From: Gammaproteobacteria bacterium | GTDB taxonomy: Bacteria > Pseudomonadota > Gammaproteobacteria > Steroidobacterales > Rariloculaceae | Direction of reading: 5' to 3' | Assembly: GCA_963664945.1 (NCBI GenBank) | Contig: OY761822.1 | Location: forward strand, 661,732-725,731 | Length of the DNA: 64,000 nt | Shown here: piece by piece, positions 48,079 through 56,906 of the stretch | Layout of the letters: each line of letters opens with the position of its first letter | Position numbering within the stretch: position 1 is the first letter of the stretch | The notes under the pieces: generated by a model | Database searches by the model: none | What the model was told of the DNA's origin: nothing | What the model saw: the letters and a program-made list of their open reading frames with translations, nothing else | Made by a program: the position numbers and the translations under genes

Positions 48079-51000
48079 ATGACGGCCACGTTGCCCAAGC
48101 AAATCAAGCTGGACGAACGCAACCACGTCGAGAAGCCGTTGCTCGACCAGCTTGCGGGCTTGGGTTGGGAGGTCATCGACCTGACGTACATGAAGCAGAC
48201 TCCGGCGGAGACGCATCGGGGGAGGTTCACCGAGGTCGTGATGGCGCCGGTCCTGCGCGAGCGGCTCGAAGTCATCAACCCCTGGCTCCAAGACGATCAG
48301 GTCGAGGAGGTTGTCAAGCAGCTCACCGCAAGCTTCCCGAGCACCGGATTGCTGGGGAACAACAAGCACCTGTTCCAGCTCCTTCTGGAGAACACCAGCG
48401 TCAGCGAGAACCGCCAAAGCGGCGAGAAGAGCCCGACCGTCCGCTTCGTGGACTTCACGAATCGTGACAACAACCGCTTCATTGCGGTCTGCCAGTTCAA
48501 GGTCCGCGTCCTCGGCACCGAGCATCACATCATCCCCGATGTCGTGCTGTTCCTCAATGGCCTGCCGGTGGTGGTGATCGAGTGCAAATCGCCCAAGGTC
48601 AAGGACGCGATTCCCGAGGCGATCGATCAGCTTCTCCGCTACAGCGAGCAGCGCGGGGCCACGGGGGAAGGGAATGCGCCGCTCTTCTACTACAACCAGT
48701 TCGTCGTGGCGAGCTGCCGGCAGGAAGCCAAGTTCGGCACCATCACCACGCACACCGAGAAGCACTTCTACCGCTGGGCCGACCCGTATCCACAAACCGT
48801 GGACGATCTGGACCACGGCTCAAGCAGCCCCAACGACCAGCAACGTCTTGTCGCCGGCATGCTCGACCGGGACAACCTGCTCGACCTGATTCGGACCTTC
48901 ACGCTGTTCTCGACGAATGACAAAGGCCAGACGATCAAGATCGTCGGCCGCTACCAACAGTTCCGCGCAGTGAAGCGGGCGGTGAAGCGGCTGCTCGAAG
49001 GCCGCAATCCCCGCGAGCGTAGCGGCATCATCTGGCACACCCAGGGTTCCGGCAAGTCGCTCACGATGATGTTCATGGTTCGGGAGATGTACCGCCACGC
49101 ACAGCTCTCGAACTGGAAGGTCGTCTTCATCACTGACCGCACCCAGTTGGAACAGCAACTCTCCGAGACCAGTCAGAGCATCGGCTTCACGGTGAAACTG
49201 GCCGACAGCATCAAGGGGCTCAAGAAACTACTAAGGGCAGACACCTCCGACTTGGTGATGGCGATGATCCACAAGTTCCGCGAGGCAGACTTGACCGTGA
49301 CTTTTCCGGAGCTGAACGCCAGCCCCAACATCCTCGTAATGACCGACGAGGCCCACCGATCGCAGTACAGGCTGCTCGGGGCCAACCTCGACAAGGGCCT
49401 CCCGAACGCCGCCAAGATCGGCTACACGGGCACGCCGATCGACAAGACCGAGCAGGTCTTCGGCGACTATATCGACAAGTACACGATGCGCCAATCCATC
49501 AAGGACGGCGTGACGCTGGAGATCGTTTACGAGGGCCGCACGCACAACGCCGAGGTCCCCGACCGGACCAGTATGGACGCTGCATTCGAGGACGTGTTCA
49601 GCGACTACGACATCCAGCAGCGTCTGGACATCCTCGGGTACGGATCGCGTGACGCCTATCTCGAAGCAGAACCCACCATCAAGGCCAAGGCCAGAGACAT
49701 GGTGGAGCACTACCTCGCGCATGTGTTCCCCAACGGCTACAAGGCGCAGGTGGTGGCGACGTCACGCGAGGCGGCCGTGCGCTACAAGAAGCACCTGGAC
49801 GCCGCGCTCGCGGCGGCGGTCGCAGAACTGGAACAGGCCAACACGGGCAAGCTGGACCTGGACCGGCTCAAGGCGATGAAGACGGACGTCGTGATCTCCG
49901 GAAGCCACAATGACCGGCCCCATCTCAAGGAGCATTCCGACTCATCGCGGCACGAGGCGAGCATCAAGAGCTTCAAGCTGTCGTTCGGCGGTGAAGAGGA
50001 CGGTGTCAACGGAGACATCGGCATCCTGATCGTCAACAACATGCTGCTAACCGGCTTCGATGCGCCGGTCGAACAGGTGATGTATCTCGATAAGGTCGTA
50101 GTTGCCCACAACCTTCTGCAGGCTATCGCCCGTGTTAACCGCGTGGGCGACGAATCCAAGGACAAGGGCTTCGTGGTGGACTATGTCGGCATCGGCCACC
50201 ACCTCAAGAAAGCGATCGACACCTACGACGAGCGCGAGCGGAAGGAGATCATCGACGCCTTGAGCTTCCCCGAGGAGGAGTTGCGGGAACTCCAGGACGC
50301 CCACGCCGCCGTGATGGAGTTGCTCGAGGAGCACGGGCTCACTGACATGACGGATCACGACGCCTTCTACGACATGTTCTACGACGAGGATCTCCGCTTT
50401 GACTTCATGCTGGCATTCAAGCGGCTGACCAAGGCGCTCAATCTCCTGTTCCCGGCCCGCCAGGCCCTTGATTTCATGGGTGATTACAATGCGCTCGCCG
50501 AGATCAATGTGCTCGCCGGGAAGCACTTCCGCGACCAGCGGCTAAGCATGAAGGGGATCCCGGCGAAGCTTCGTGCAATCACGGATGCTCACCTCGAGTC
50601 CCGGGGCATCGATGTCAAGGTCCCGCCAATCTCGATCCTTGACGAGGATTTCGAGAAGGGTGTCGGCGAGCACCGCCGCACCAAGACCAAGGCGGCCGAG
50701 ATCGAGCACGCGATCCGCCATCACCTCGACGTAGACCTGGACGATGATCCGGACCTGCGCGCTTCCTTCGCCGAAGCCCTGGCGGCCATCTTTGAGCAGT
50801 TCCGCGACAACTGGAACAAGATCTACGAAGAACTGGAGAAGCTGCGGACGCGAATCATCAAGGCCAGCAACGAACCAACGTACGGATTGCATCGAAAAAA
50901 GCAAATGCCATTCTTTCGAATGTTACGGCGTGAGCTGTTCGGTGCGGATAAGCCAATCGTCGATCCGTCTCAGGTGGCTGAAGAGCATGCTGTCTATGGA

Positions 51001-51258
51001 ATCGACGATGAAGACCGAATCAGCTACCTCGTAGATTTAACTCAGAAAATTACTCTCGTTATCGAGAGAGAGCTGAAATTGACTGGATTCTGGGAGAGCA
51101 TTCCGGCCCGCAACAAGCTGAAAGCAGAGATCCAAAAAATCCTGCTCGCTCCTGAGTTTGCCAAAGTGCCCGACCTCATCGAGAATCGCGCGCATATTAT
51201 TAGTCGAATTATGGAAATCGCCGAAAAGAACAACGACACAATTATTTTCGCGAACTAG
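48079..51258 (+). CDS. hsdR: Type I restriction enzyme R subunit
   Basis: IPDVVLFLNGLPVVVIECK nuclease motif, HTQGSGKSLTM, VMTDEAHRSQ, GYTGTPI, LLTGFDAP, QAIARVNR. Confidence 0.9.
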   Translation: MTATLPKQIKLDERNHVEKPLLDQLAGLGWEVIDLTYMKQTPAETHRGRFTEVVMAPVLRERLEVINPWLQDDQVEEVVKQLTASFPSTGLLGNNKHLFQLLLENTSVSENRQSGEKSPTVRFVDFTNRDNNRFIAVCQFKVRVLGTEHHIIPDVVLFLNGLPVVVIECKSPKVKDAIPEAIDQLLRYSEQRGATGEGNAPLFYYNQFVVASCRQEAKFGTITTHTEKHFYRWADPYPQTVDDLDHGSSSPNDQQRLVAGMLDRDNLLDLIRTFTLFSTNDKGQTIKIVGRYQQFRAVKRAVKRLLEGRNPRERSGIIWHTQGSGKSLTMMFMVREMYRHAQLSNWKVVFITDRTQLEQQLSETSQSIGFTVKLADSIKGLKKLLRADTSDLVMAMIHKFREADLTVTFPELNASPNILVMTDEAHRSQYRLLGANLDKGLPNAAKIGYTGTPIDKTEQVFGDYIDKYTMRQSIKDGVTLEIVYEGRTHNAEVPDRTSMDAAFEDVFSDYDIQQRLDILGYGSRDAYLEAEPTIKAKARDMVEHYLAHVFPNGYKAQVVATSREAAVRYKKHLDAALAAAVAELEQANTGKLDLDRLKAMKTDVVISGSHNDRPHLKEHSDSSRHEASIKSFKLSFGGEEDGVNGDIGILIVNNMLLTGFDAPVEQVMYLDKVVVAHNLLQAIARVNRVGDESKDKGFVVDYVGIGHHLKKAIDTYDERERKEIIDALSFPEEELRELQDAHAAVMELLEEHGLTDMTDHDAFYDMFYDEDLRFDFMLAFKRLTKALNLLFPARQALDFMGDYNALAEINVLAGKHFRDQRLSMKGIPAKLRAITDAHLESRGIDVKVPPISILDEDFEKGVGEHRRTKTKAAEIEHAIRHHLDVDLDDDPDLRASFAEALAAIFEQFRDNWNKIYEELEKLRTRIIKASNEPTYGLHRKKQMPFFRMLRRELFGADKPIVDPSQVAEEHAVYGIDDEDRISYLVDLTQKITLVIERELKLTGFWESIPARNKLKAEIQKILLAPEFAKVPDLIENRAHIISRIMEIAEKNNDTIIFAN

Positions 51259-51947
51259 TGACGATGGATATTTCCTACTCGATAAAACGATCTTCAAAGC
51301 GAACCAAGGTTACGATCACTATCGAGCGTGACAGAAAAGTTGTTGTGCACGCTCCGAATCATGCGTCCGATGAAACTATTGCGCGAGTAGTCGAAGCCAA
51401 GCAGCATTGGATCTACCAGAAAACGCAGCATAGCCAAAAATACGCGCGCCAGCCTCATCCGCCTGGCAAAGAGCTCGTTAATGGTGAGTCCGCACTATAT
51501 CTTGGGCGAAGCTACCGTATCGAAGTCGTCGACACAAAGACGAAATGTATTCGGTTTGATCAGCGTTTTCTGATTCCAGCATCGCACGCGCGTCACAAGA
51601 AGGGTGCCATGCGAGAGTGGTATATCGCGCGAGCAAAGGAACGAATTCTACCTCGCGTGGTGAAGCAGGCTCGGGAACTAGGCGTTTCCTACGGGCAGGC
51701 GCGCATCGTTGATAATCGATATCGGTGGGGCTCATGCACAGTTCGCAACAACATCAACCTGAACTGGCGGTTGATTAAGGCACCAATGTTTGTCGTCGAT
51801 TACGTAATCGCCCATGAGCTCGCCCACCTTTTGGAGTCGAACCATACGCCGCGATTCTGGAATATAGTGAAAACACAGGTACCCACCATGGACAAAGCGC
51901 GTGACTGGCTAAGGGAGCATGGTCAACTCCTTGAGGAAGAGGTCTAG
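51258..51947 (+). CDS. DUF45 / M48-like (YgjP-type) metal-dependent hydrolase
   Basis: RWGSC...L.LNWRLIKAP..VVDYVIAHELAHLLE.NH. Overlaps the hsdR stop. A typical R-M accessory gene. Confidence 0.8.
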   Translation: MTMDISYSIKRSSKRTKVTITIERDRKVVVHAPNHASDETIARVVEAKQHWIYQKTQHSQKYARQPHPPGKELVNGESALYLGRSYRIEVVDTKTKCIRFDQRFLIPASHARHKKGAMREWYIARAKERILPRVVKQARELGVSYGQARIVDNRYRWGSCTVRNNINLNWRLIKAPMFVVDYVIAHELAHLLESNHTPRFWNIVKTQVPTMDKARDWLREHGQLLEEEV

Positions 51948-52229
51948 CCAGGGGATAGTGCACGGTTTCAATGTGAGAGTCACTTTAGTGCCCTTTGGAT
52001 CAAATCACGCGACCCCATTCCACTGAAATTCGCCTACAGGACCAAGCGGCGAGATTGGGTCCACTCGCAGTAGACTAATCCTGCCCAATATTGTACCAGC
52101 AATCCTGACTTCCAGCCTTAATCGGCCGAAGTGCTTGTTCTACGTCCGGATAGTGACACACTTCCAGACTCCGATTACTTAGGAAATCTGACGTTGACAC
52201 CACCGATTTGTCGGAAGCCATTTACAACG

Positions 52230-53879
52230 TCAATCCGGCGAAATCCCAAGTGAGCGCCAAAAGCACGGGTGTATTTGAAACCGGCACATGTTAGTGACCT
52301 CGGTCGACATGAGCGGTGCATGATCCTTAAAGGCCCAATGAGCTGGTGTTCTGGCATCGCTTTTTACGCCAATAACGCCCACGACGTAGAGAAAGTAGAG
52401 CAACTTCAGCAGTACAGACTCAGACGAGCTATCCTCACTAAAGTAATCGTTTGCCACCTCACAAAGTGGATCATCTGATCGATCTGCTTTGGTCAAGAAC
52501 TCGAGGACGAATGTTTGGATCTGGTCTTCGGAGAAATCTTGAAACTGTAACGATTTAGTTCGACGCTGGATCAGTTTGATGTAGTCCGACAAATTGGGAA
52601 ACACGGATCTCCATTCATCGTATAGAAATCTTAGTCTCTTTGCCGAATACGCACGCTCAGCGCTTTTAATAATCCCAAATGTAAAGTGCGGTTTGTTGTC
52701 TGCTTCAGAAAGGCACTCATTGACGAAGAGTATCGCGTCTCGAGGGCGGTAGAATGTTCTATCCAATATGTATGACAAAGGATCTCTTTTCTCGACCTTG
52801 ATTTTGGGTAACAAATCATCAATTCCTACGGAACTAGATGTGTACTTCATCCTAAATAGCGCGTTTACTCTCAGGTTTAGCATGTCGTGCAGTTGTTTGC
52901 GGGTCCAGACAAGTTTGAGGAATAGTGACTCATATTTTTCCTCTTGGGATCCTACACTCTTCACTTTTTTCAAAATTACGTATAGAAGGTCCACTCTCAA
53001 CGCAATGATTATTTTAAGTGGTTGAACCTTTCTAAATCTCTTGATCGTGTCTAGTAGTGCCTTGATTAACCTATATCTGACCGCATCTTCTGCCCAGTCT
53101 TCATCTAATCCATCAATCAATATGAAATACTTCTGTTGGGGATTATGAAAAATGTCTTCGGCCAATAGACTGATCAAATTGGCAAGTTCTCTAAGTTGCA
53201 CGCTATTGACAACTTCTTGGGCTCGGGTTCGGATTTCTTTTCTTTCTTCTTCAGATAATTTCGTGGTAGCGTCTAGACTGCCTGAGATGATGCCAGAATG
53301 CGCCCCGAGCGCACCCTTTAGGTTTACTTCGACTTTTTCAACCAGTTCCCTCACCCGCTCTTCGGTTCGTTCCCAAAATTTGTCTCCCCATTGTTCAATA
53401 TATTCTAGAGCGGCTTTTTTTGAGGGATCTCTATTGATGAATGTCTCATAGAGCCGATCAAAAATATCTTTTTTTTCTCTAGAGTTAGTAATTCTATATT
53501 TCTTCTTTAGCAATTCTACAGTGATAACATGCTCCCAAAGCAATATATAGAAAGGGTCAAGATGAACGCCAATGTTTTCAAAGAATTTTATAATGTCTGA
53601 ATTGGACACATGTGTTAGCGCTAGTAGCTCTGGAGGTAGATTAATTACGTTTTCCTCAGTTTCTGACATGTTTTTTAGTAGTGCTGTCTTACCACTTCCC
53701 GTTCGACCAAGCACGATACAACGAGCGTCGTTGGTGTTTCGGAGAATGTCAATATCACCGGTATTTAGGAAACAAGTACTTAGGAATTGATCGTCAGATT
53801 CGGCGTCTAAAGAGCCAATTCTGTCTGTTCGTCGAATTACGGGGTTGATTGACTTTGTGGATTTTGGTTGCCGGACCAT
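52230..53879 (-). CDS. P-loop NTPase, NACHT/STAND-like (Sll1717-type), no recognisable effector domain
   Basis: 549 aa. Walker A VLGRTGSGKTALL at about aa 58. Walker B YFILIDGLDEDW. ALRVDL and RPRDAILF sensor-like motifs. Very low GC (hand counts of single 60-nt lines gave 22% and 40%). Confidence 0.7.
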   Translation of the reverse strand: MVRQPKSTKSINPVIRRTDRIGSLDAESDDQFLSTCFLNTGDIDILRNTNDARCIVLGRTGSGKTALLKNMSETEENVINLPPELLALTHVSNSDIIKFFENIGVHLDPFYILLWEHVITVELLKKKYRITNSREKKDIFDRLYETFINRDPSKKAALEYIEQWGDKFWERTEERVRELVEKVEVNLKGALGAHSGIISGSLDATTKLSEEERKEIRTRAQEVVNSVQLRELANLISLLAEDIFHNPQQKYFILIDGLDEDWAEDAVRYRLIKALLDTIKRFRKVQPLKIIIALRVDLLYVILKKVKSVGSQEEKYESLFLKLVWTRKQLHDMLNLRVNALFRMKYTSSSVGIDDLLPKIKVEKRDPLSYILDRTFYRPRDAILFVNECLSEADNKPHFTFGIIKSAERAYSAKRLRFLYDEWRSVFPNLSDYIKLIQRRTKSLQFQDFSEDQIQTFVLEFLTKADRSDDPLCEVANDYFSEDSSSESVLLKLLYFLYVVGVIGVKSDARTPAHWAFKDHAPLMSTEVTNMCRFQIHPCFWRSLGISPD

Positions 53880-54028
53880 GGAGCAATCTCCGAAAAGGAA
53901 ATGAATGTATAATTGTGAGACAGTTGAGTTAAAGAGGCAAGTATTGATTTCGATAGGTGCTATTGGCTAGCGCTTAACAGGATGTCACTGTCAAGTTCTC
54001 TCGGGTAATGAAGGGAGTTGAGTGACTC

Positions 54029-54679
54029 TCAGATGACATCGGCGATCCCAAAACGTGTGAACCAGTTCGGCACGGGCTCCATAATCTCAGCGTGGAGGCT
54101 GGCGTCGACAAGCCCAAACATATACTGACGGCTACCGTCCACCTGTATGTCTGGACCATAACAACCGCTGTTGTCGATCAACAATGCCATGTCAATCCGT
54201 GCCAGTGCCTTTCGTAGGTTTGCGAAGCAGCGTGGAAATCGGTCTCGAATTACATTGTCAGGGACATCATGTCCGCCAAGATTTGCACGGTCCTGAACAC
54301 GCGCGATGCAGATCTCGGGCGAGTCGACGCCAATAAAGACGAGTACCGTCTTGAATCCAGCGCGACGAGCTTCTTCCAGCAAGCCCAGCTTATATCCCTT
54401 GCTGTCAGAGAAGACCGATTCCAGTGCTATGGATCTGCCTTCCAGTAGGTGTTTTCGCGCGCGGAGACTCGCTTCGACTGTCGCTTGAACAGCCTCGTCA
54501 CGGTTCTGTACGAATCTGCCAAAAAGTTCTTTGGCAACAGCGTCCGGGTCGATACAAGGTAGCCCGAGTGGCTTAAATCTCTTCTCGCTAAATGTAGACT
54601 TGCTGGCGCCGAATGGTTCGCATGCGTCGGTCGCCCCACAATTCCGCTGCTTGCACAGCCGAGCACCGGATTTCCACAT
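54029..54679 (-). CDS. Zeta-toxin/COG4185-like P-loop kinase with an atypical Walker A
   Basis: ...EPFGASKSTF (expected GPNGAGKST), CIDPDAVAKEL, ALESVFS, KTVLVFIGVDSPEICIARVQDRANLGGHDVPDNVIRDRF, LIDNS. Start at MWKSG is tentative. Confidence 0.6.
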   Translation of the reverse strand: MWKSGARLCKQRNCGATDACEPFGASKSTFSEKRFKPLGLPCIDPDAVAKELFGRFVQNRDEAVQATVEASLRARKHLLEGRSIALESVFSDSKGYKLGLLEEARRAGFKTVLVFIGVDSPEICIARVQDRANLGGHDVPDNVIRDRFPRCFANLRKALARIDMALLIDNSGCYGPDIQVDGSRQYMFGLVDASLHAEIMEPVPNWFTRFGIADVI

Positions 54680-54912
54680 CCGTTCCGGCCAGCCGGTCCG
54701 AGCAGTCCATTTTCGGCGTGGCCAATGACTCCGCATTCGATGCTGAGAGGCGGCCCACTGCTGACGGGACCTCTCGGCAATAAATGAGATTTGGTTGGAC
54801 ATTCTTGGATACAGATCAGCAAGTATCTGCATAAAATAAGGGTAAAATGCGAAAGTTTGCAATATTTCGAGTATTCTTGGTATATAAGTGACCCTGAAAA
54901 GGAGAAGCTTGT

Positions 54913-56187
54913 ATGCTGCTACGCTTCGGCGTGTCCAATCATCTTTCGATCTGCGAATCGCAGGAGCTGTCGTTTTCCGTTTCCTCATTGAAGGATCGGG
55001 ATGAGGGATTGATTGACTGCGCTGCAACGCCGAGCGGATCGGTCTTGCCTGCGATAGTGCTCTATGGCGCTAACGCGTCAGGCAAGAGCAATATTGTCAG
55101 TGCCATAGAGACAATGCGAGGCATGGTACTGGGATCTCAAACCTTATGGGATCCCGACGGTGGCGTCCCACGCCACCCCTTCCAACTGGACGCCGCTAGC
55201 TTACAAGCTCCCTCGCAATTCGATATTGACTTCACCATTCGCGGCGTGCGATTTCATTACGGCTTTGAAGCGTCCGACTCGGCGTTCGTATCCGAATGGC
55301 TATACGATTATCCCAAGGCTCACCGCCGAACGCTGTTTGAGCGTGAAGGCAATAAATTTCACTTTGGGCGTGGACTAAAGGGACGGAACAAGGCAATTGC
55401 AGGCTTGACCAGATCCAACAGTTTGTACTTGTCAGCGGCCGCCCAAAACGATCACGAACAGCTTTCGAGCATATTCTCATATTTCCGGTCGATCCGAACT
55501 TCACACGAAATTGCCGTTACGGGTGCACTGGTCTCTCGGCGCCTGGCCGAGGAAGAGCCGGCTAACCGAGTAATTGAATTTCTCAAGAACATCGGTACAG
55601 GGGTCATTGACTATCGGCGAAAAGAACCCGAACTTCCGAAACTGGTTCAATTCGTTCCGCAAGATTTCGTGGCTGAGCTAAGAAAGCGCATGGATCTGCC
55701 AGAGCGAGTTTCGAATGTAGAAACCAGGCAAATCAACATCGAACTCGGCCACCGCAGTAGAGACGGCAAGCCAGTATATTTTGACTTGGACCGCGAAAGT
55801 GCAGGTACGCGACGGCTGTTGGTTACGCTTGGATTTGCATTTCGTGCGCTCGACGAAGGAACGGCACTCGTCATTGACGAACTCGACGCCAGCCTGCATA
55901 CACACGCCAGTGAAGCGGTTCTGAAATTGTTCTGTTCTCCTGAGACAAATGCCAAAGGCGCCCAACTGGTCGCAACCACACACGACACTAATCTAATGGC
56001 TTCGGCGCTGCTGCGGAGAGATCAACTCTGGTTTAGCGAGAAGGATGCTGACGGCGCAACTCAACTCTATCCGCTGAGCGACATTCGAACCCGAAAGGGA
56101 GACAATATCGAGAAAGGATACTTGCAAGGCCGCTACGGCGCGGTGCCCTTCAACTGCCCGACCTCGTCCCTTGGCACGCGGCAGTAA
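54913..56187 (+). CDS. AAA_21-type ABC-like ATPase (AbiLi-like)
   Basis: LRFGVSNHLSI...AIVLYGANASGKSNIVSAI Walker A. ALVIDELDASLH Walker B. SD AAAGGAGAAG upstream. Confidence 0.75.
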   Translation: MLLRFGVSNHLSICESQELSFSVSSLKDRDEGLIDCAATPSGSVLPAIVLYGANASGKSNIVSAIETMRGMVLGSQTLWDPDGGVPRHPFQLDAASLQAPSQFDIDFTIRGVRFHYGFEASDSAFVSEWLYDYPKAHRRTLFEREGNKFHFGRGLKGRNKAIAGLTRSNSLYLSAAAQNDHEQLSSIFSYFRSIRTSHEIAVTGALVSRRLAEEEPANRVIEFLKNIGTGVIDYRRKEPELPKLVQFVPQDFVAELRKRMDLPERVSNVETRQINIELGHRSRDGKPVYFDLDRESAGTRRLLVTLGFAFRALDEGTALVIDELDASLHTHASEAVLKLFCSPETNAKGAQLVATTHDTNLMASALLRRDQLWFSEKDADGATQLYPLSDIRTRKGDNIEKGYLQGRYGAVPFNCPTSSLGTRQ

Positions 56188-56842
56188 ATTCAAACGACGA
56201 AAAGTCCCTGGGCTACGGCGCCGCCGCGCTCGGCGGGAGCCGAAGCGGCGCTTCATATTGTTTTGCGAGGGTAGCAAGACGGAGCCATCCTACTTCGGTG
56301 CCATCCAACGAGCTTGTTCAAGTACTCTGATCGGAGTGGAGTCCGTTCCTGGAGTAGGTGTTCCCTACACTATAGCGACGAAAGCGGTCCGATACGCGCG
56401 GTCCGAGGGGCTTGCCAGCAGAAGCCGTCGGAAAAGGGACTCGTTTGAAGAACTTGACCAAGTCTGGGCGGTGTTTGACCGCGACGAACACCCGAACTAT
56501 AAGAAGGCAATAACACACTGCGAAAAATGGGGCGTAGGTATTGGTCGCTCCAACCCGTGTTTTGAACTCTGGTTGATCCTTCACGAAACGGACTATGACA
56601 AGCCCAATGACCGCCACGCCATACAAAAGGATCTCGCCGCTCTGAGGCCTGAATACAAGCTACAAGGTGCGAAGACACCTGACTGTGACGACTTGGTTAC
56701 CCGCGTTACAGATGCCGAGAAACGTGGAGAATTGCAACTACGCAATCGCACGCAGGAGAGTAATTCGTATGGTAACCCCTCTACAACGGTTGGCCAGTTG
56801 ACACGCGCGATTCGGGACGCTGATCAACTCGCGCAATCTTAG
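56171..56842 (+). CDS. RloB-domain protein (AbiLii-like)
   Basis: FILFCEGSKTEPSYF, WAVFDRDEH, GIGRSNPCFELWLILH. 17-nt overlap with the ATPase gene. Confidence 0.8.
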   Translation: MARGSKFKRRKVPGLRRRRARREPKRRFILFCEGSKTEPSYFGAIQRACSSTLIGVESVPGVGVPYTIATKAVRYARSEGLASRSRRKRDSFEELDQVWAVFDRDEHPNYKKAITHCEKWGVGIGRSNPCFELWLILHETDYDKPNDRHAIQKDLAALRPEYKLQGAKTPDCDDLVTRVTDAEKRGELQLRNRTQESNSYGNPSTTVGQLTRAIRDADQLAQS

Positions 56843-56906
56843 TGCAGATTGCCAGGCATTTGCTCGACTCGCGGATTTGAGAAGCAGAGGGCTGACAGCA
56901 GCAGCG

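Noticed and set aside
52075-52221. 48-codon minus-strand ORF starting 9 nt after the P-loop NTPase stop
   Set aside because: No SD, no recognisable motif, and too short to support. Kept only as a note in case homologues of the NTPase carry a conserved downstream partner.
54427-54822. Alternative-frame 131-aa ORF with LLGPAGRNGCGNP
   Set aside because: It may be a relic of an older reading frame of the zeta-like gene, but there is no downstream family similarity in that frame. Mentioned in the relevant finding instead.
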